DNA of 64,000 nt. Source: an uncultured Actinomycetes bacterium. Lineage in GTDB: Bacteria > Actinomycetota > Actinomycetes > S36-B12 > UBA10799. Below are positions 35,647-45,119 of the stretch, piece by piece. Made by a program: the position numbers and the translations under genes. Numbering within the stretch: the stretch's first letter is position 1; every line of letters starts with the position of its first letter. The stretch spans positions 49,023 to 113,022 of the forward strand of contig CAYYRC010000001.1 in the NCBI GenBank assembly GCA_964474045.1. Reading direction: 5' to 3'. Under the pieces are notes generated by a model. The model worked only from the letters and a program-made list of their open reading frames with translations, was not told the DNA's origin and did not search any database.

Positions 35647-36774
35647 CTAGCTGCTGCTGGCCGCGGCTGGGGCAGCTGCCGGGGCGGGCTCCTGCGCGGA
35701 GGCCGGCTCCGGGGCGGGCTTGCCGCCGCGGCGGGCGAAGACCAGTGCGGCGATCGCGGCAACGGCAAGCGTCACCGTCAACCAGGCACCGCCAGCAGGG
35801 CTGAGCGCCACCAGCACGACGAAGATGCCGATGACGAGCAACGCGGCCGGGCGGCGCGCCAGCAGACGGCCGAATGTCTCGCCCGGCACATCGTGGAAGG
35901 CGTCGAGAGCGGCCGAGACCAGTGCTGCCAGCACCACGACCGCCACGAAGGCGACCAAGCCAGCGAAGAGCCCGCCACCCCAGCCTGGGGCGAAGGAGAT
36001 GTAACCGGTCACGGTGGTCATCACCAGGGACGGGAACTGCAGCGACCCGCCGGCCACCCAGATCACGCCGATGAGGCCCAGGGTGCCGATGATCACCGCG
36101 ATGATGGCGCCGCGGGTGTTGACCTTGGTCCCGGCCGACCCGCCGAGGCCCGGGAAGGCCGCGGCCACCAGCAGGATCACGAGGAGGCTCACCACGCCGC
36201 CGGCAAGCCCGGGGCCGGGCACTGCGGCGATGGGGTCGAGGCTGCGCGCGGGGGTACCCGCGAGCACCCCGCCGATCAGGATCAGGACCCCGAAGACGAT
36301 CGTGATGATCATCGCCGTCCGGGCCAGTCCCACCCGGGCCCCGCGGAAGGCTGCCGCGACCACGGCGCCGGCCATCAGGGCGATGGCTAGCAGCGGCTGG
36401 TTGACCCGGGTGGCCGGCAGCAGCGAGGCGATGATCCCCACGAACCAGGCGAGTGCCATGGCCCCGACGATCACCGCGAGCGCGGCCTTGGCGACGGCGG
36501 CGCCGGCGGCGGCGCCCCAGCGCCCGCTGTCAGCCTCCGGCGCCGAACCTGCGAGCTTGGCGTTGAGCAGCACCCCGACGATCACGGCGATGCCGATGCC
36601 CAGGGCCCACAGCGTCGTGCCGCCGCGGGACATGATGTAGGCGCCGCCGGCGATGAGCAGCGGCCAGACGGCGATGAAGCTACGGCCCGGGGTGCTGCGG
36701 GCGCCCATGGCCCCCGTGACGGCCGCGAGCGCGACGAGGGCGATTGCTATGGCGACTGCCACGATTCCGGTCAT
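35647..36774 (-). CDS. Hypothetical polytopic membrane protein
   Basis: Track ORF trimmed to MTGIVAVAIAIAL at 36774, 2 nt after the lipase stop. About 10 hydrophobic helices and an Ala/Pro-rich C-terminal tail. Confidence 0.6.
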   Translation of the reverse strand: MTGIVAVAIAIALVALAAVTGAMGARSTPGRSFIAVWPLLIAGGAYIMSRGGTTLWALGIGIAVIVGVLLNAKLAGSAPEADSGRWGAAAGAAVAKAALAVIVGAMALAWFVGIIASLLPATRVNQPLLAIALMAGAVVAAAFRGARVGLARTAMIITIVFGVLILIGGVLAGTPARSLDPIAAVPGPGLAGGVVSLLVILLVAAAFPGLGGSAGTKVNTRGAIIAVIIGTLGLIGVIWVAGGSLQFPSLVMTTVTGYISFAPGWGGGLFAGLVAFVAVVVLAALVSAALDAFHDVPGETFGRLLARRPAALLVIGIFVVLVALSPAGGAWLTVTLAVAAIAALVFARRGGKPAPEPASAQEPAPAAAPAAASSS

Positions 36775-36776
36775 GG

Positions 36777-38060
36777 TCACATCCCCTGACAGTTGGACGG
36801 CGCGGGCTTGTTGGCGAAACGGTCCCGCAGCCAGTCGGTGTACGTCTCGGCTGAGGCGAACACCGAGGACCGGTGGGTGTCGTTCTTGAACTGCTGGTAC
36901 TCGGCGGTGGATCCGTAGGCGCACTCCAGCTGGAACATGCCCTTCGTCACCTGTGGGACGATGCCCGTGTCCTTCATTCCCTGCAGCAGCAGCACGGGGA
37001 CCGGCGACTTACGCGTGATGGGCTGGTTCTCCGCAGCCACCTGGATCAGCTCGGGCGGCAGGTCCTGGCGGAAGTAGTCGGTGAACGGTGCGGTCATCTG
37101 CTGGACCACCTGGCCCTGACACTGCTTGGCGTAGGTCGGCACCTCGGCGGCGCCCTTCTCCGTCACCCAGGAGCTGAACGGCAGCAGTTCCGGGTAGGTC
37201 GCCGACCAACTGGACGACAGGTAGGTGATGTACCCGTTGCGCGGCCCGCCGCTCTTGGAGCCGGTGTCGGCCACGATGGCCTTGACCGCGGCCGGCACCG
37301 GCGGGACGCCGCCGGGGGCGATCGACACCGAGCCGCGCAGCGACAACTCGGGCGCGTACTCGTTGGCCATGTCGGCGCCGACGAGCGTCACGTAGGCGCC
37401 CTCGGAGTGCCCGATCATCGCCAGGTTGTTGGCGTCGATGACGGCTGGGTCGAACCGGGTGGCCGCGCGCAGGCTGTCCAGCACGTCGTAGCCCTGCTTG
37501 CGCAGCAGGTAGGTCGGCGTGCCGGGCGCGCCCATGCCCTCGTAGTCGGTGACGACGACTGCCATCCCGGACTGCACCAGCTGGGCGCCCAGGAAGTTCC
37601 AGTACTCGAAACCGGTGGTGCCGGGGGTGAACGGGGCCTGGCTCATGCCGCACTGAGGGTCCAGCCCGGTGGTGCCGTGCGCGATCGCTACGACCGGGAA
37701 GCCCGTCGTGGTGGGACGGTCGGGCATCGCAATGTAGGCCGTGATGGCCAGCGGCTCGCCGGCGTTGTTCTGGCTCATGTACATGATCCGTGACGCCTTG
37801 ACGCCCTTGGGCGCACCGTCGATGGCCTCGGACTTGAGGATCGTCCCGGCCGACACGTGCGGCAGCGGGCTCGGCGGGTTGTAGAAGTCTGTCACCGGCG
37901 AGTTGACGACCCCGTCGAATTCGCTGGTCAGGCCCAGCGCGGGGTTCCCGGGAACGTTGCGGTCGGTCAGCTGATCGGTCGTGGCCAGCAGCAGCGCCGC
38001 GATGAGCGCGCAGCCCAGCACGACTGCCACCACCGAGACGATGCGTGCGCGTGGAGTCAT
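36777..38060 (-). CDS. Secretory lipase (LIP) family alpha/beta hydrolase
   Basis: 427 aa with the N-terminal anchor VVAVVLGCALIAALLL and the nucleophile elbow MIGHSEGAY. Overall pattern matches the LIP/PF03583-type family. Confidence 0.7.
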   Translation of the reverse strand: MTPRARIVSVVAVVLGCALIAALLLATTDQLTDRNVPGNPALGLTSEFDGVVNSPVTDFYNPPSPLPHVSAGTILKSEAIDGAPKGVKASRIMYMSQNNAGEPLAITAYIAMPDRPTTTGFPVVAIAHGTTGLDPQCGMSQAPFTPGTTGFEYWNFLGAQLVQSGMAVVVTDYEGMGAPGTPTYLLRKQGYDVLDSLRAATRFDPAVIDANNLAMIGHSEGAYVTLVGADMANEYAPELSLRGSVSIAPGGVPPVPAAVKAIVADTGSKSGGPRNGYITYLSSSWSATYPELLPFSSWVTEKGAAEVPTYAKQCQGQVVQQMTAPFTDYFRQDLPPELIQVAAENQPITRKSPVPVLLLQGMKDTGIVPQVTKGMFQLECAYGSTAEYQQFKNDTHRSSVFASAETYTDWLRDRFANKPAPSNCQGM

Positions 38061-38237
38061 GCGGGGCAGTATTGCCCCGATGCGTCGGCCGAGTCGCGCT
38101 GAAGCCTTAGCGAATTGGCGCGACTCGCCAGGGGGCGCCTCGGCCCGCAGGTTTCCACTAGTGGTACGTTAGGTGAACGAAAAGTGAACAGACGGCGGAC
38201 AACCGTTCACCGTCACCAATCTTAGGAGGTTCACATC

Positions 38238-38345
38238 GTGAAGAGCATCAAGGACTACGCAGTGACCCTGCTCGCCGCCGACCGTGCCCCGCGCGTCTAC
38301 TGGGCCGAGGTCGTCCCGACCGAGACCGAGTTCACCAAGTCGTAG
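38238..38345 (+). CDS. Unlisted small ORF (35 aa), hypothetical
   Basis: AGGAGG (38224-38229) lies 8 nt upstream of a GTG start. The product is VKSIKDYAVTLLAADRAPRVYWAEVVPTETEFTKS. By my count 33 of 35 third codon positions are G/C. A hairpin follows the stop. It is too short for the supplied track. Confidence 0.45.
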   Translation: MKSIKDYAVTLLAADRAPRVYWAEVVPTETEFTKS

Positions 38346-38355
38346 GAGGGGTCAA

Positions 38356-38375
38356 CCCCCGCCGAGCAGCGGGGG
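38356..38375. terminator. Candidate bidirectional intrinsic terminator hairpin
   Basis: CCCCCGC-cgagca-GCGGGGG, a 7-bp GC stem with a 6-nt loop, sits between the convergent small ORF and the ABC permease. There is no U-tract, which is common in actinobacteria. Confidence 0.45.
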
Positions 38376-38379
38376 CCGG

Positions 38380-39306
38380 CTAGCTGCGACCGGCAGGAGC
38401 CAGCCCCCGCTGCCGCAGAACGTGCCGCTCCAGCGGCGCGAAGACGCACAGCTCGACCATGATCCCGACGACCAGGATCATGATGATGGTGGTCATCACC
38501 AAGGACATGTCCGACAGCTCGCGCCCCTGATCCAGGAGTTGGCCGAGTCCCAAGCCGAGGGCCGGCGAAAACGCGATGAGCTCCGCAGCCATCAACGAGC
38601 GCCAGGCGAAGGCCCAGCCCTGCCGCAGGCCTCCCAGGTACCCGGGCAGGGCCGCGGGCAGCACGATGTAGCGGATCGCGGCGAGCCCCTCGGCACCCAG
38701 CACCCGACCCGCCCGCAGCAGCAACGGTGGGATCTGGCCGATGCCGCCGACCAGCCCGTTGGCGATCGACGGTGTGGCGCCCAGCACCACCACGAACAGC
38801 ATGGCCTCGGTGCTGATGCCGAACCACAGGATCGCCGCGGGTACCCAGGCCACCGAGGGCAGCACCATCAGCCCCGTGACGATCGGGCCGAGGGCGGACT
38901 TCACAAGCGTGAAGCGCGCCAGCAAGAGCCCCAGGATGGTTCCCAGGACCAGCGAGATGGCGAAGCCCACGAAGGCCCGCAGCAGGCTGTTCCCGACCGC
39001 GGTGGCCGCCTCGCCGCTGCTCAGCGACCCGGTGAACGTCGTCCAGACGTCGGCGGGTGAGGGGAGCAGGTACTGCGGCTGCAGCTTGAGCGCCACCACG
39101 ATCCACCAGGTCAGGATCAGCAGGGCGATAGCCGCCGCGGGCGGCACCAGGCTTCGCAGGATGCTGCGACCGTTCCAACTGCTCGGCGCCGGCGGCGCGT
39201 CGAGAGCGTCCAGGCCCGCGTTCAGGCTGGCGAGCTCGTCCGCGGGGCCATCCTCGGCCAGGCCGGTGGGGGCCGGTGCCGATGCTCGGGGGCCGCTAGC
39301 CGGCAT
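38380..39306 (-). CDS. ABC transporter permease (NitT/TauT family: sulfonate/nitrate/taurine type)
   Basis: 308 aa, 6 TM, with the BPD-transport EAA-like region (AAELIAFSPALGLGLGQLL). Confidence 0.85.
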   Translation of the reverse strand: MPASGPRASAPAPTGLAEDGPADELASLNAGLDALDAPPAPSSWNGRSILRSLVPPAAAIALLILTWWIVVALKLQPQYLLPSPADVWTTFTGSLSSGEAATAVGNSLLRAFVGFAISLVLGTILGLLLARFTLVKSALGPIVTGLMVLPSVAWVPAAILWFGISTEAMLFVVVLGATPSIANGLVGGIGQIPPLLLRAGRVLGAEGLAAIRYIVLPAALPGYLGGLRQGWAFAWRSLMAAELIAFSPALGLGLGQLLDQGRELSDMSLVMTTIIMILVVGIMVELCVFAPLERHVLRQRGLAPAGRS

Positions 39307-40105
39307 GGCGTCGAATCTCCTCGCGGAGCTGGGCGGTGATGGTGGAGGCGAGCTCGGCGACGGCCGGGGTGTCCATGGCCCGTGGCTCGTCGAGCTCGAT
39401 CTGCCACTCGGCGACGACGCGCCCTGGTCGGCTGGACATGAGCAGAACCCGCTGTCCGAGGCGCACGGCCTCCCGGACGTTGTGCGTCACGAAGATGACG
39501 GTCAGGCCGGTGTCGCGCCAGATCGTGGACAGTTCATCGTGCAGCACATCGCGGGTGATCGCGTCGAGGGCGGCGAAGGGCTCATCCATGAGCAGCACAG
39601 GCGCCTCCTGCGCCAACGCCCGGGCGAGGGCGACCCGCTGGCGCATGCCTCCGGACAGCTCGTGCACGCGCTTGTCGCCCTGGCCGCCCAGGTGGACCCT
39701 GCGCAGCAGGTCTTCCACGCGGGCCGGCCGGTCCTGTCGAGCGACCCCGGCCAGGCGCAGGGCTAGGTCGATGTTGCCCGCAGCGGTCAGCCAGGGGAAC
39801 AGCGCCGACTCCTGGAACATGAGAGCGACGCGGCTGCCCACGACGTCGACCGTGCCGGTCGTGGGCTGCTCGAGCCCGGCGAGGATGTTGAGCAGCGTGG
39901 ACTTGCCGCAGCCGGACGCCCCCAGTAGGCACACGAACTCGCCTGGTGTCACGGAGAGGTCCACGTCCAGCAGCACCGGCGGGGAGCCGACCGTGAAAGA
40001 CTTCGTCAGGTGGCGCACGGTGACGGCGCCCGTCGGCGGCGACGCGGCCGCCGGCGACTCGTCATCGAGCCCCGGCGCTGCCATCTGAACAGTGTGGGCC
40101 ATCAC
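39296..40105 (-). CDS. ABC transporter ATP-binding protein (NitT/TauT family)
   Basis: Walker A GASGCGKST, signature [15 protein letters not shown] and Walker B VLLMDEPFAALD. Confidence 0.9.
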   Translation of the reverse strand: MMAHTVQMAAPGLDDESPAAASPPTGAVTVRHLTKSFTVGSPPVLLDVDLSVTPGEFVCLLGASGCGKSTLLNILAGLEQPTTGTVDVVGSRVALMFQESALFPWLTAAGNIDLALRLAGVARQDRPARVEDLLRRVHLGGQGDKRVHELSGGMRQRVALARALAQEAPVLLMDEPFAALDAITRDVLHDELSTIWRDTGLTVIFVTHNVREAVRLGQRVLLMSSRPGRVVAEWQIELDEPRAMDTPAVAELASTITAQLREEIRRHAG

Positions 40106-41184
40106 TGCGCCCCGAGGCCGTCGGCACCCACGGCAGGTTGGCCGGCTGCGGTGAGCAGGGCATTGAGGGGCCGCAGGTCATAGATCCCGTTCAAGTCGAA
40201 GGGCTTGGCCAACCCGGTGCTCACGGCGTGCTCCTGGTCGGCGGCCAGGGACGAGGCGATGGGATCGGCCGTGATGGTCAGGGTCGGCCACGCGCGCTCC
40301 AACACTGCCGGCGAGAGCGCCTTGCCCGTGAGCTTCGCAAGCGCGGCGTTGGTCTCGTCCCGCGCCCGCGTCGGGTCCTGCTGGATGAGCGCTTGGGTGG
40401 CGAGCTGGCCCGCGAGCAGCTTGCTGACCGTCGCGGGGTACTTCTGCAGGAACGGCGTGGCCACGATCAGCTGGGTTGTCACGAACTGGCCCTCGGGCCA
40501 CAGGGTGGCTTCGTCCACGAGCACTTTCGCGCCGCCCTCCAGGACCAGGCGCGAGGCCCAGGGCTCGGGCAGCCACGCCCCGTCGATCGCGCCGGCCTTG
40601 AACTGCGTGAGCGTGGTGGAGTTCTCCATCGGCTGCACGTAGACGTCGCCGCCGCCGGACTTGGGGGCGCTCAGGCCCTGTTGCTGCAGCCAGTAGCGCA
40701 GGGCGACGTCTTGCGTGTTGCCCAGCTGCGGCGTGGCGAAGGTGCGGCCCTTGAGGTTGTCGGTGGTGACCTCGGGCTTGACGACGAACTGGGCGCCGCC
40801 GCTGGTAGCGCCGGAGATGATGCGGATGGCGTCGCCGCCGCTCTGGGTGTAGGCGCCGATTGCGGGGTTGGGGCCCACGTAGGCGGCATCGACTGCGCCG
40901 GACAATATGGCCTCGACGGCCGCCGGGCCGGCGTTGAACACCTGGGTCGTGAGTTTGGTGGCGCCCAGTGACTGCTGGTATTGGCCGTCATCCACCCCCA
41001 GGACCGGCAGCGCATGGGTCAGGTTGGCGAAGTAGCCCAGCCGCAGCTCTGCGGCGTCGCCGCTGCCGGATGGCTCGGAGGCCGCCGAGGCGCTGCCGCA
41101 GGCGCTGGCCACAGATGCCGTGAAGAGCAGTGCGGCCAGGGCTGCGAGCAGCCGCAGGCCGCTCCAGCCGTTGCGAGCAGTCAT
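40102..41184 (-). CDS. ABC transporter substrate-binding lipoprotein (NMT1/SsuA-like)
   Basis: 360 aa with the lipobox SVASACGS and the NitT/TauT SBP block LRLGYFANLTHALPVLG. Confidence 0.8.
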   Translation of the reverse strand: MTARNGWSGLRLLAALAALLFTASVASACGSASAASEPSGSGDAAELRLGYFANLTHALPVLGVDDGQYQQSLGATKLTTQVFNAGPAAVEAILSGAVDAAYVGPNPAIGAYTQSGGDAIRIISGATSGGAQFVVKPEVTTDNLKGRTFATPQLGNTQDVALRYWLQQQGLSAPKSGGGDVYVQPMENSTTLTQFKAGAIDGAWLPEPWASRLVLEGGAKVLVDEATLWPEGQFVTTQLIVATPFLQKYPATVSKLLAGQLATQALIQQDPTRARDETNAALAKLTGKALSPAVLERAWPTLTITADPIASSLAADQEHAVSTGLAKPFDLNGIYDLRPLNALLTAAGQPAVGADGLGAQ

Positions 41185-41335
41185 GGGAGTGCCTCTCCGC
41201 CGGGCCTTTGCCCGACTATGCGCTTAAAGCCAACTGGCTTAGTGCAGTTTAGGGAGGACGGTCGGGCATGGCAACAGCGACCCCCGACAGATCGGTGCTG
41301 GCGGCGGACAGGTGGCCGTGGCCGCGCAGGCCGCG

Positions 41336-41800
41336 TCAGAGCTGCGGGTACGAGGCCCAGGCGCGCGGGTCCGAGGCGATCTGCACGACGCTGGCCGGCA
41401 GGTCGCCCGCCACCACGTCGGCCAGGGTCACCGACTCCAGCACGCTGCGATAGGCAGCACGGGCGGCCACCCAGACATCGGTGAGGTGTTCGGCCGCGCC
41501 GCCGTAGGTGGCCTCCTCCGGCCGCAGCCCGTGGATGTCGGCCAGGTTGCCGGTCTCGGCCCGGATGAGGTCCGCGATGGTGATCTGGTCGGCCGGGCGC
41601 GACAGCACCAGGCCGCCGGAACGACCACGTTTGGCCACGACGAGCCCCGCGCGGCGCAGGTCGCCGACGATGTTCTCGAGGAAGCCCGCCGGGATGTCCT
41701 GCGCAGCGGCGATCGCGTGGATCGGCATCGGGCTACCGTCACCGGCCGCGAGCACCAGCATGGCCCGGACCGCATAGTCAACGCGCGCCGATAGCCACAC
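41336..41800 (-). CDS. Rrf2 family transcriptional regulator
   Basis: MWLSARVDYAVRAMLVLA...IPAGFLENIVGDLRRAGLVVAKRGRSGGLVLSRP is the canonical Rrf2 wHTH. Confidence 0.85.
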   Translation of the reverse strand: MWLSARVDYAVRAMLVLAAGDGSPMPIHAIAAAQDIPAGFLENIVGDLRRAGLVVAKRGRSGGLVLSRPADQITIADLIRAETGNLADIHGLRPEEATYGGAAEHLTDVWVAARAAYRSVLESVTLADVVAGDLPASVVQIASDPRAWASYPQL

Positions 41801-41834
41801 GCCGCCAGGATACGCGGTGGCGCCGGAAGGGACT

Positions 41835-41993
41835 TCAGGTCGAGACGTTCAGCTCGACCTCGTACTCGCGCGGGCCCACCTGGCGCACCTGAAACACGGT
41901 GACGCTGCGGTAGCCCTGCGCCCGGGCCTGGTTGATCGCGGCTTTGCGGGCGTTCTCGCCGAGATCGGCGCTCACCCGGATGATCGTCTTCAT
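41835..41993 (-). CDS. Unlisted small ORF (52 aa), hypothetical
   Basis: GGAGGGGAG precedes the ATG at 41993. The product is MKTIIRVSADLGENARKAAINQARAQGYRSVTVFQVRQVGPREYEVELNVST. Third positions are almost all G/C. It starts 26 nt downstream of modC on the same strand. Confidence 0.45.
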   Translation of the reverse strand: MKTIIRVSADLGENARKAAINQARAQGYRSVTVFQVRQVGPREYEVELNVST

Positions 41994-42019
41994 GTTGGGC
42001 TCCCCTCCTGGGCTGACCG

Positions 42020-43105
42020 TCAGCCCGCGATGATCGAGACCTCGGCCGCCTTGACCGAAAGTAGCACCCGCAGGCCGGGGACCAGGCCGAGCTCGGCCAC
42101 GGCAGCGGGAGTGACGTCTGCTGCGATCCGCCCGACCCGCACCCGCATCAGGCCGCCCGCCGCCTCGATCCCGGTGATGTTGCCCGCCACCACGTTGCGG
42201 GCGCTGCCGGCAGGTTCGGCAAGGTGGATGGTGACTGCCGAGGGGGCGAAGCGCGCATACGCGGGGTCGCCCGGAGTGACGGCTCCCGCCGGCCCCGGCC
42301 GGCCGGTCAGCCGCTGGCCGTCGCCCGTCACCAGCGTGTTGCCGGGTCCCGCCGTGCCGGGAACCAGGTTGACGCCGAGCAGCGCGGCCGCGAACGGCGT
42401 GTCGGGGTGCCTCAGGACCTGGGCGGTCGGAGCTTCCTGCACCACCCGTCCCCCAGCTATCACCGCTACCCGGTCGGCGATCAGGGCGGCGTCCAGCGGC
42501 TCGTGCGTCACCAGGATGGTGGTCCGATCGGCCAGCACCTGGCGCAGGAGCGCGCGCAGCTCTGCCGCCGCGGGCCCGTCCACCGCCGCCAGCGGCTCGT
42601 CCAGGAGCAGCAAGCTGGGCTGGGCGGCCAGAGCGCGAGCCAGTGCCACCCGCTGCGCCTGGCCGCCGGAGAGCTCGTGCGGGCGCCGTTGGGCCAGCTC
42701 AGAGGCGCCGACGCGGGCCAGCCACTCGTCCGCCGCTGCTGCGGCGGCTCGGCGGCCGGCACCGGCGCAGCGCGGCCCGAACGCGACGTTCCCGGCCACC
42801 GACAGGTGGGGGAAGAGGAGGCCATCCTGGGCGAGCAGCCCGATGCCGCGGCGGTGTGGCGGCAGCCAGACCTCGGTGCTGCCGTCCAGCTGGAAGAGCG
42901 TCCGACCCGCGGCCTCCGCCCGTCCGCGGTCCGGACGCACCAGCCCTGCGAACAGATCCAGGACCGTGGACTTACCAGCGCCGTTGGGCCCGATGAGCGC
43001 CGTGATCGAACCCGCGGGAACTGTCAGCTCCACATCCAGGCCACGCTCGGCCAGCTGGGCGCGCAGATAGGCACCATCGATCTCCTGCGCCGTGCCAGAG
43101 CTCAC
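42020..43105 (-). CDS. modC: Molybdate ABC transporter ATP-binding protein
   Basis: GTG at 43105 (GTGA overlap with modB) within track ORF 42020..43852. Walker [10 protein letters not shown], signature [15 protein letters not shown], Walker B LLLLDEP, and a C-terminal TOBE-like domain. Confidence 0.85.
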   Translation of the reverse strand: MSSGTAQEIDGAYLRAQLAERGLDVELTVPAGSITALIGPNGAGKSTVLDLFAGLVRPDRGRAEAAGRTLFQLDGSTEVWLPPHRRGIGLLAQDGLLFPHLSVAGNVAFGPRCAGAGRRAAAAAADEWLARVGASELAQRRPHELSGGQAQRVALARALAAQPSLLLLDEPLAAVDGPAAAELRALLRQVLADRTTILVTHEPLDAALIADRVAVIAGGRVVQEAPTAQVLRHPDTPFAAALLGVNLVPGTAGPGNTLVTGDGQRLTGRPGPAGAVTPGDPAYARFAPSAVTIHLAEPAGSARNVVAGNITGIEAAGGLMRVRVGRIAADVTPAAVAELGLVPGLRVLLSVKAAEVSIIAG

Positions 43106-43920
43106 CTCCCGGGCCCCCGACGCAGCGCCACGCCGATCACCGCGGCCGCCACTGCCACCAGCAGCAGGGCGAGGGCGACGGCGGCCTGCGGATCGGTCTC
43201 GCGTTGAAGGTAGATCTCCAGTGGCAGCGTGCGCGTCACCCCAGCAAGGCTGCCGGCGAAGGTGATGGTGGCCCCGAACTCTCCCAGGGCACGCGCGAAC
43301 GCCAGCACCAGGCCGGTCGCCAGCGCCGGCCACACGGCCGGGAGCGTGACGCGGAGCAGCGCCGTGGTGGGGCTGGCGCCCAGCGTGGCTGCGGTGTCGG
43401 TGTAGCGCCGGCCGATGAGGATGAGCGCGCCCTCGAGGCTGAGCACCAGGAAGGGAAGCGCGACGAAGGCCTGCGCCAGCACGACGGCGGTGGTGCTGAA
43501 CGAGACCTGGATCCCGAGCGCCGACAGCGACCCGCCCAGCAGGCCCCGGCGGCCGAAGGCCGTCAACAACGCGATGCCCGACACGACCGGCGGCAGCACG
43601 AGCGGCAGCAGCACCGCGGCCCGCAGCAGGCCCCTGCCCCGGAACGTCCCGCGGGCCAGGACCATCGCCATCGGCACCCCGATCAGCACGCACAGCACCG
43701 TCGCCGACGCGGACGTCCGCAGGCTCAGCCACAGCGCCGCCCGGGCGCTGTCGGACGTCAGCAGCGCACCCACGTCCGACCAGGCCACGCCCACGAATAG
43801 CGCGCCGATCGGCACGACCACGAACGCCATGCCCAGGATCGCGGGCAGCCACAGCCAGCCGGGGACGTCGGTGGCCCGGGGGGGTGCGGGACGGTGACCG
43901 GACCGCTGCCGTCCGGTCAC
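43102..43920 (-). CDS. modB: Molybdate ABC transporter permease
   Basis: GTG at 43920 (overlaps the modA stop) within track ORF 43102..45150. Contains the [16 protein letters not shown] motif. A later start at MAFVVVPIG is also possible. Confidence 0.8.
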   Translation of the reverse strand: MTGRQRSGHRPAPPRATDVPGWLWLPAILGMAFVVVPIGALFVGVAWSDVGALLTSDSARAALWLSLRTSASATVLCVLIGVPMAMVLARGTFRGRGLLRAAVLLPLVLPPVVSGIALLTAFGRRGLLGGSLSALGIQVSFSTTAVVLAQAFVALPFLVLSLEGALILIGRRYTDTAATLGASPTTALLRVTLPAVWPALATGLVLAFARALGEFGATITFAGSLAGVTRTLPLEIYLQRETDPQAAVALALLLVAVAAAVIGVALRRGPGR

Positions 43921-44717
43921 GCCGGGCCGAACCCGGCCCTGCGCAACACGTCCTGTCCCTGCGGTCCCTGCACCAGCGCGATGAACTCCTCGGCCAGCGC
44001 GGGCTGTGGGGACTCCTTCAGAATGACGATCGGGTAGGTGTTCGTCGCGTTCACCTCGGGCGGGATCGGGACCTCGGCGACGCGCGGGCCCGCCTGGCGG
44101 GCGTCGGTGACGTACACGATGCCGGCGTCGGCCTCTGCCGCGGTGACCTTGCCCAGCACCGCGGCCGCCGACTGCTCCTCGCTCACCGGGGTGATGCTGA
44201 CGCCGCTGGCCTGCTCGACGCGCACCGCGGCAGCCCCGCATGGCACCTGTGGAGCGCACAGGACCGTCGTGACGCGGGACGTTTGAGCCAGGTCGGCGAG
44301 TGAGGTGACGGCAGCCGGGTTCCCGGGCGGCGTCACGATGGTCATGGTGTTCGTGGCGAAGGCGTGTGGCTCCGTGCTGGTGAGGCCCAAGCCGCTCGCC
44401 CTGGCCATGGTGGTTGTGTCGGCGGTGGCCAGGACGTCGGCCGGCGCGCCCGCCGCCGCCTGTGCGACCAGGTCGGAGGAGCCGGCCGCGTTGATGCGGA
44501 CGGTGACGCCCGGGTGGGTGGCCTCGAACGCCGCTGCGAGCTGCTGGAACGCCGTCCCCAGCGACGAGGCGGCGAACACCGTCAGCGCGCGCTCGCCGCC
44601 CTCGGTCAGCTGCTCCTCCCGCCGGCCATCGGTGGCACAGCCGCCGGCACCGACCGTCAATGCCAGCACCCCCGCGGCGGCGGTCACCCCTGCGACGGCG
44701 CGCAAACCACGGCTCAT
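43917..44717 (-). CDS. modA: Molybdate-binding periplasmic lipoprotein
   Basis: 266 aa with the lipobox VGAGGCAT and blocks LTVFAASSL and [11 protein letters not shown]. Confidence 0.85.
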   Translation of the reverse strand: MSRGLRAVAGVTAAAGVLALTVGAGGCATDGRREEQLTEGGERALTVFAASSLGTAFQQLAAAFEATHPGVTVRINAAGSSDLVAQAAAGAPADVLATADTTTMARASGLGLTSTEPHAFATNTMTIVTPPGNPAAVTSLADLAQTSRVTTVLCAPQVPCGAAAVRVEQASGVSITPVSEEQSAAAVLGKVTAAEADAGIVYVTDARQAGPRVAEVPIPPEVNATNTYPIVILKESPQPALAEEFIALVQGPQGQDVLRRAGFGPA

Positions 44718-44796
44718 GGCGCCACCCTACGCGGCCATCATGCGGTAACAATGGGGGCAGCCGTGCAGGCGCAGGGTGCAAGGGAGGGAGTCGGGC

Positions 44797-45117
44797 ATGC
44801 AGCACGAAGTGAGCCGCGGGAGGCTCGGCACCGCCCGACTGATGTATTGGTCCCGGCACTACTGGCTGGATGAGCCCGCGGTGGTGGCCATCGACGGGTG
44901 CCGTCGCGAGATCGAGACCATCGCGGTCGCGACCAACGAGGATGGCAGCGTCACCGTCTACACCGACGGGCGCACGTTCGCCGAAGATGGCCGCCCGGCC
45001 CCCAAGAGCAGCGTGCTGGCGGTGCCGGCCGAGCAGGCCGCTGGCCTGTTGGAGGCCTTCGGCATCCCCCTGGTGGCGGCCATCGCCCACGTACCCGACC
45101 CGGATCGGGACGCGTAG
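44797..45117 (+). CDS. Hypothetical protein
   Basis: ATG at 44797 preceded by GGGAGGGAG. 106 aa, no family recognised. Its stop is 2 nt before the next start. Confidence 0.45.
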   Translation: MQHEVSRGRLGTARLMYWSRHYWLDEPAVVAIDGCRREIETIAVATNEDGSVTVYTDGRTFAEDGRPAPKSSVLAVPAEQAAGLLEAFGIPLVAAIAHVPDPDRDA

Positions 45118-45119
45118 CC

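Noticed and set aside
41817-43070. 417-aa plus-strand ORF opposite modC and the small 52-codon ORF.
   Set aside because: The minus strand encodes a complete ABC ATPase (Walker A, signature, Walker B). The plus-strand product is Ser/Ala/Arg/Pro-rich with no motif.
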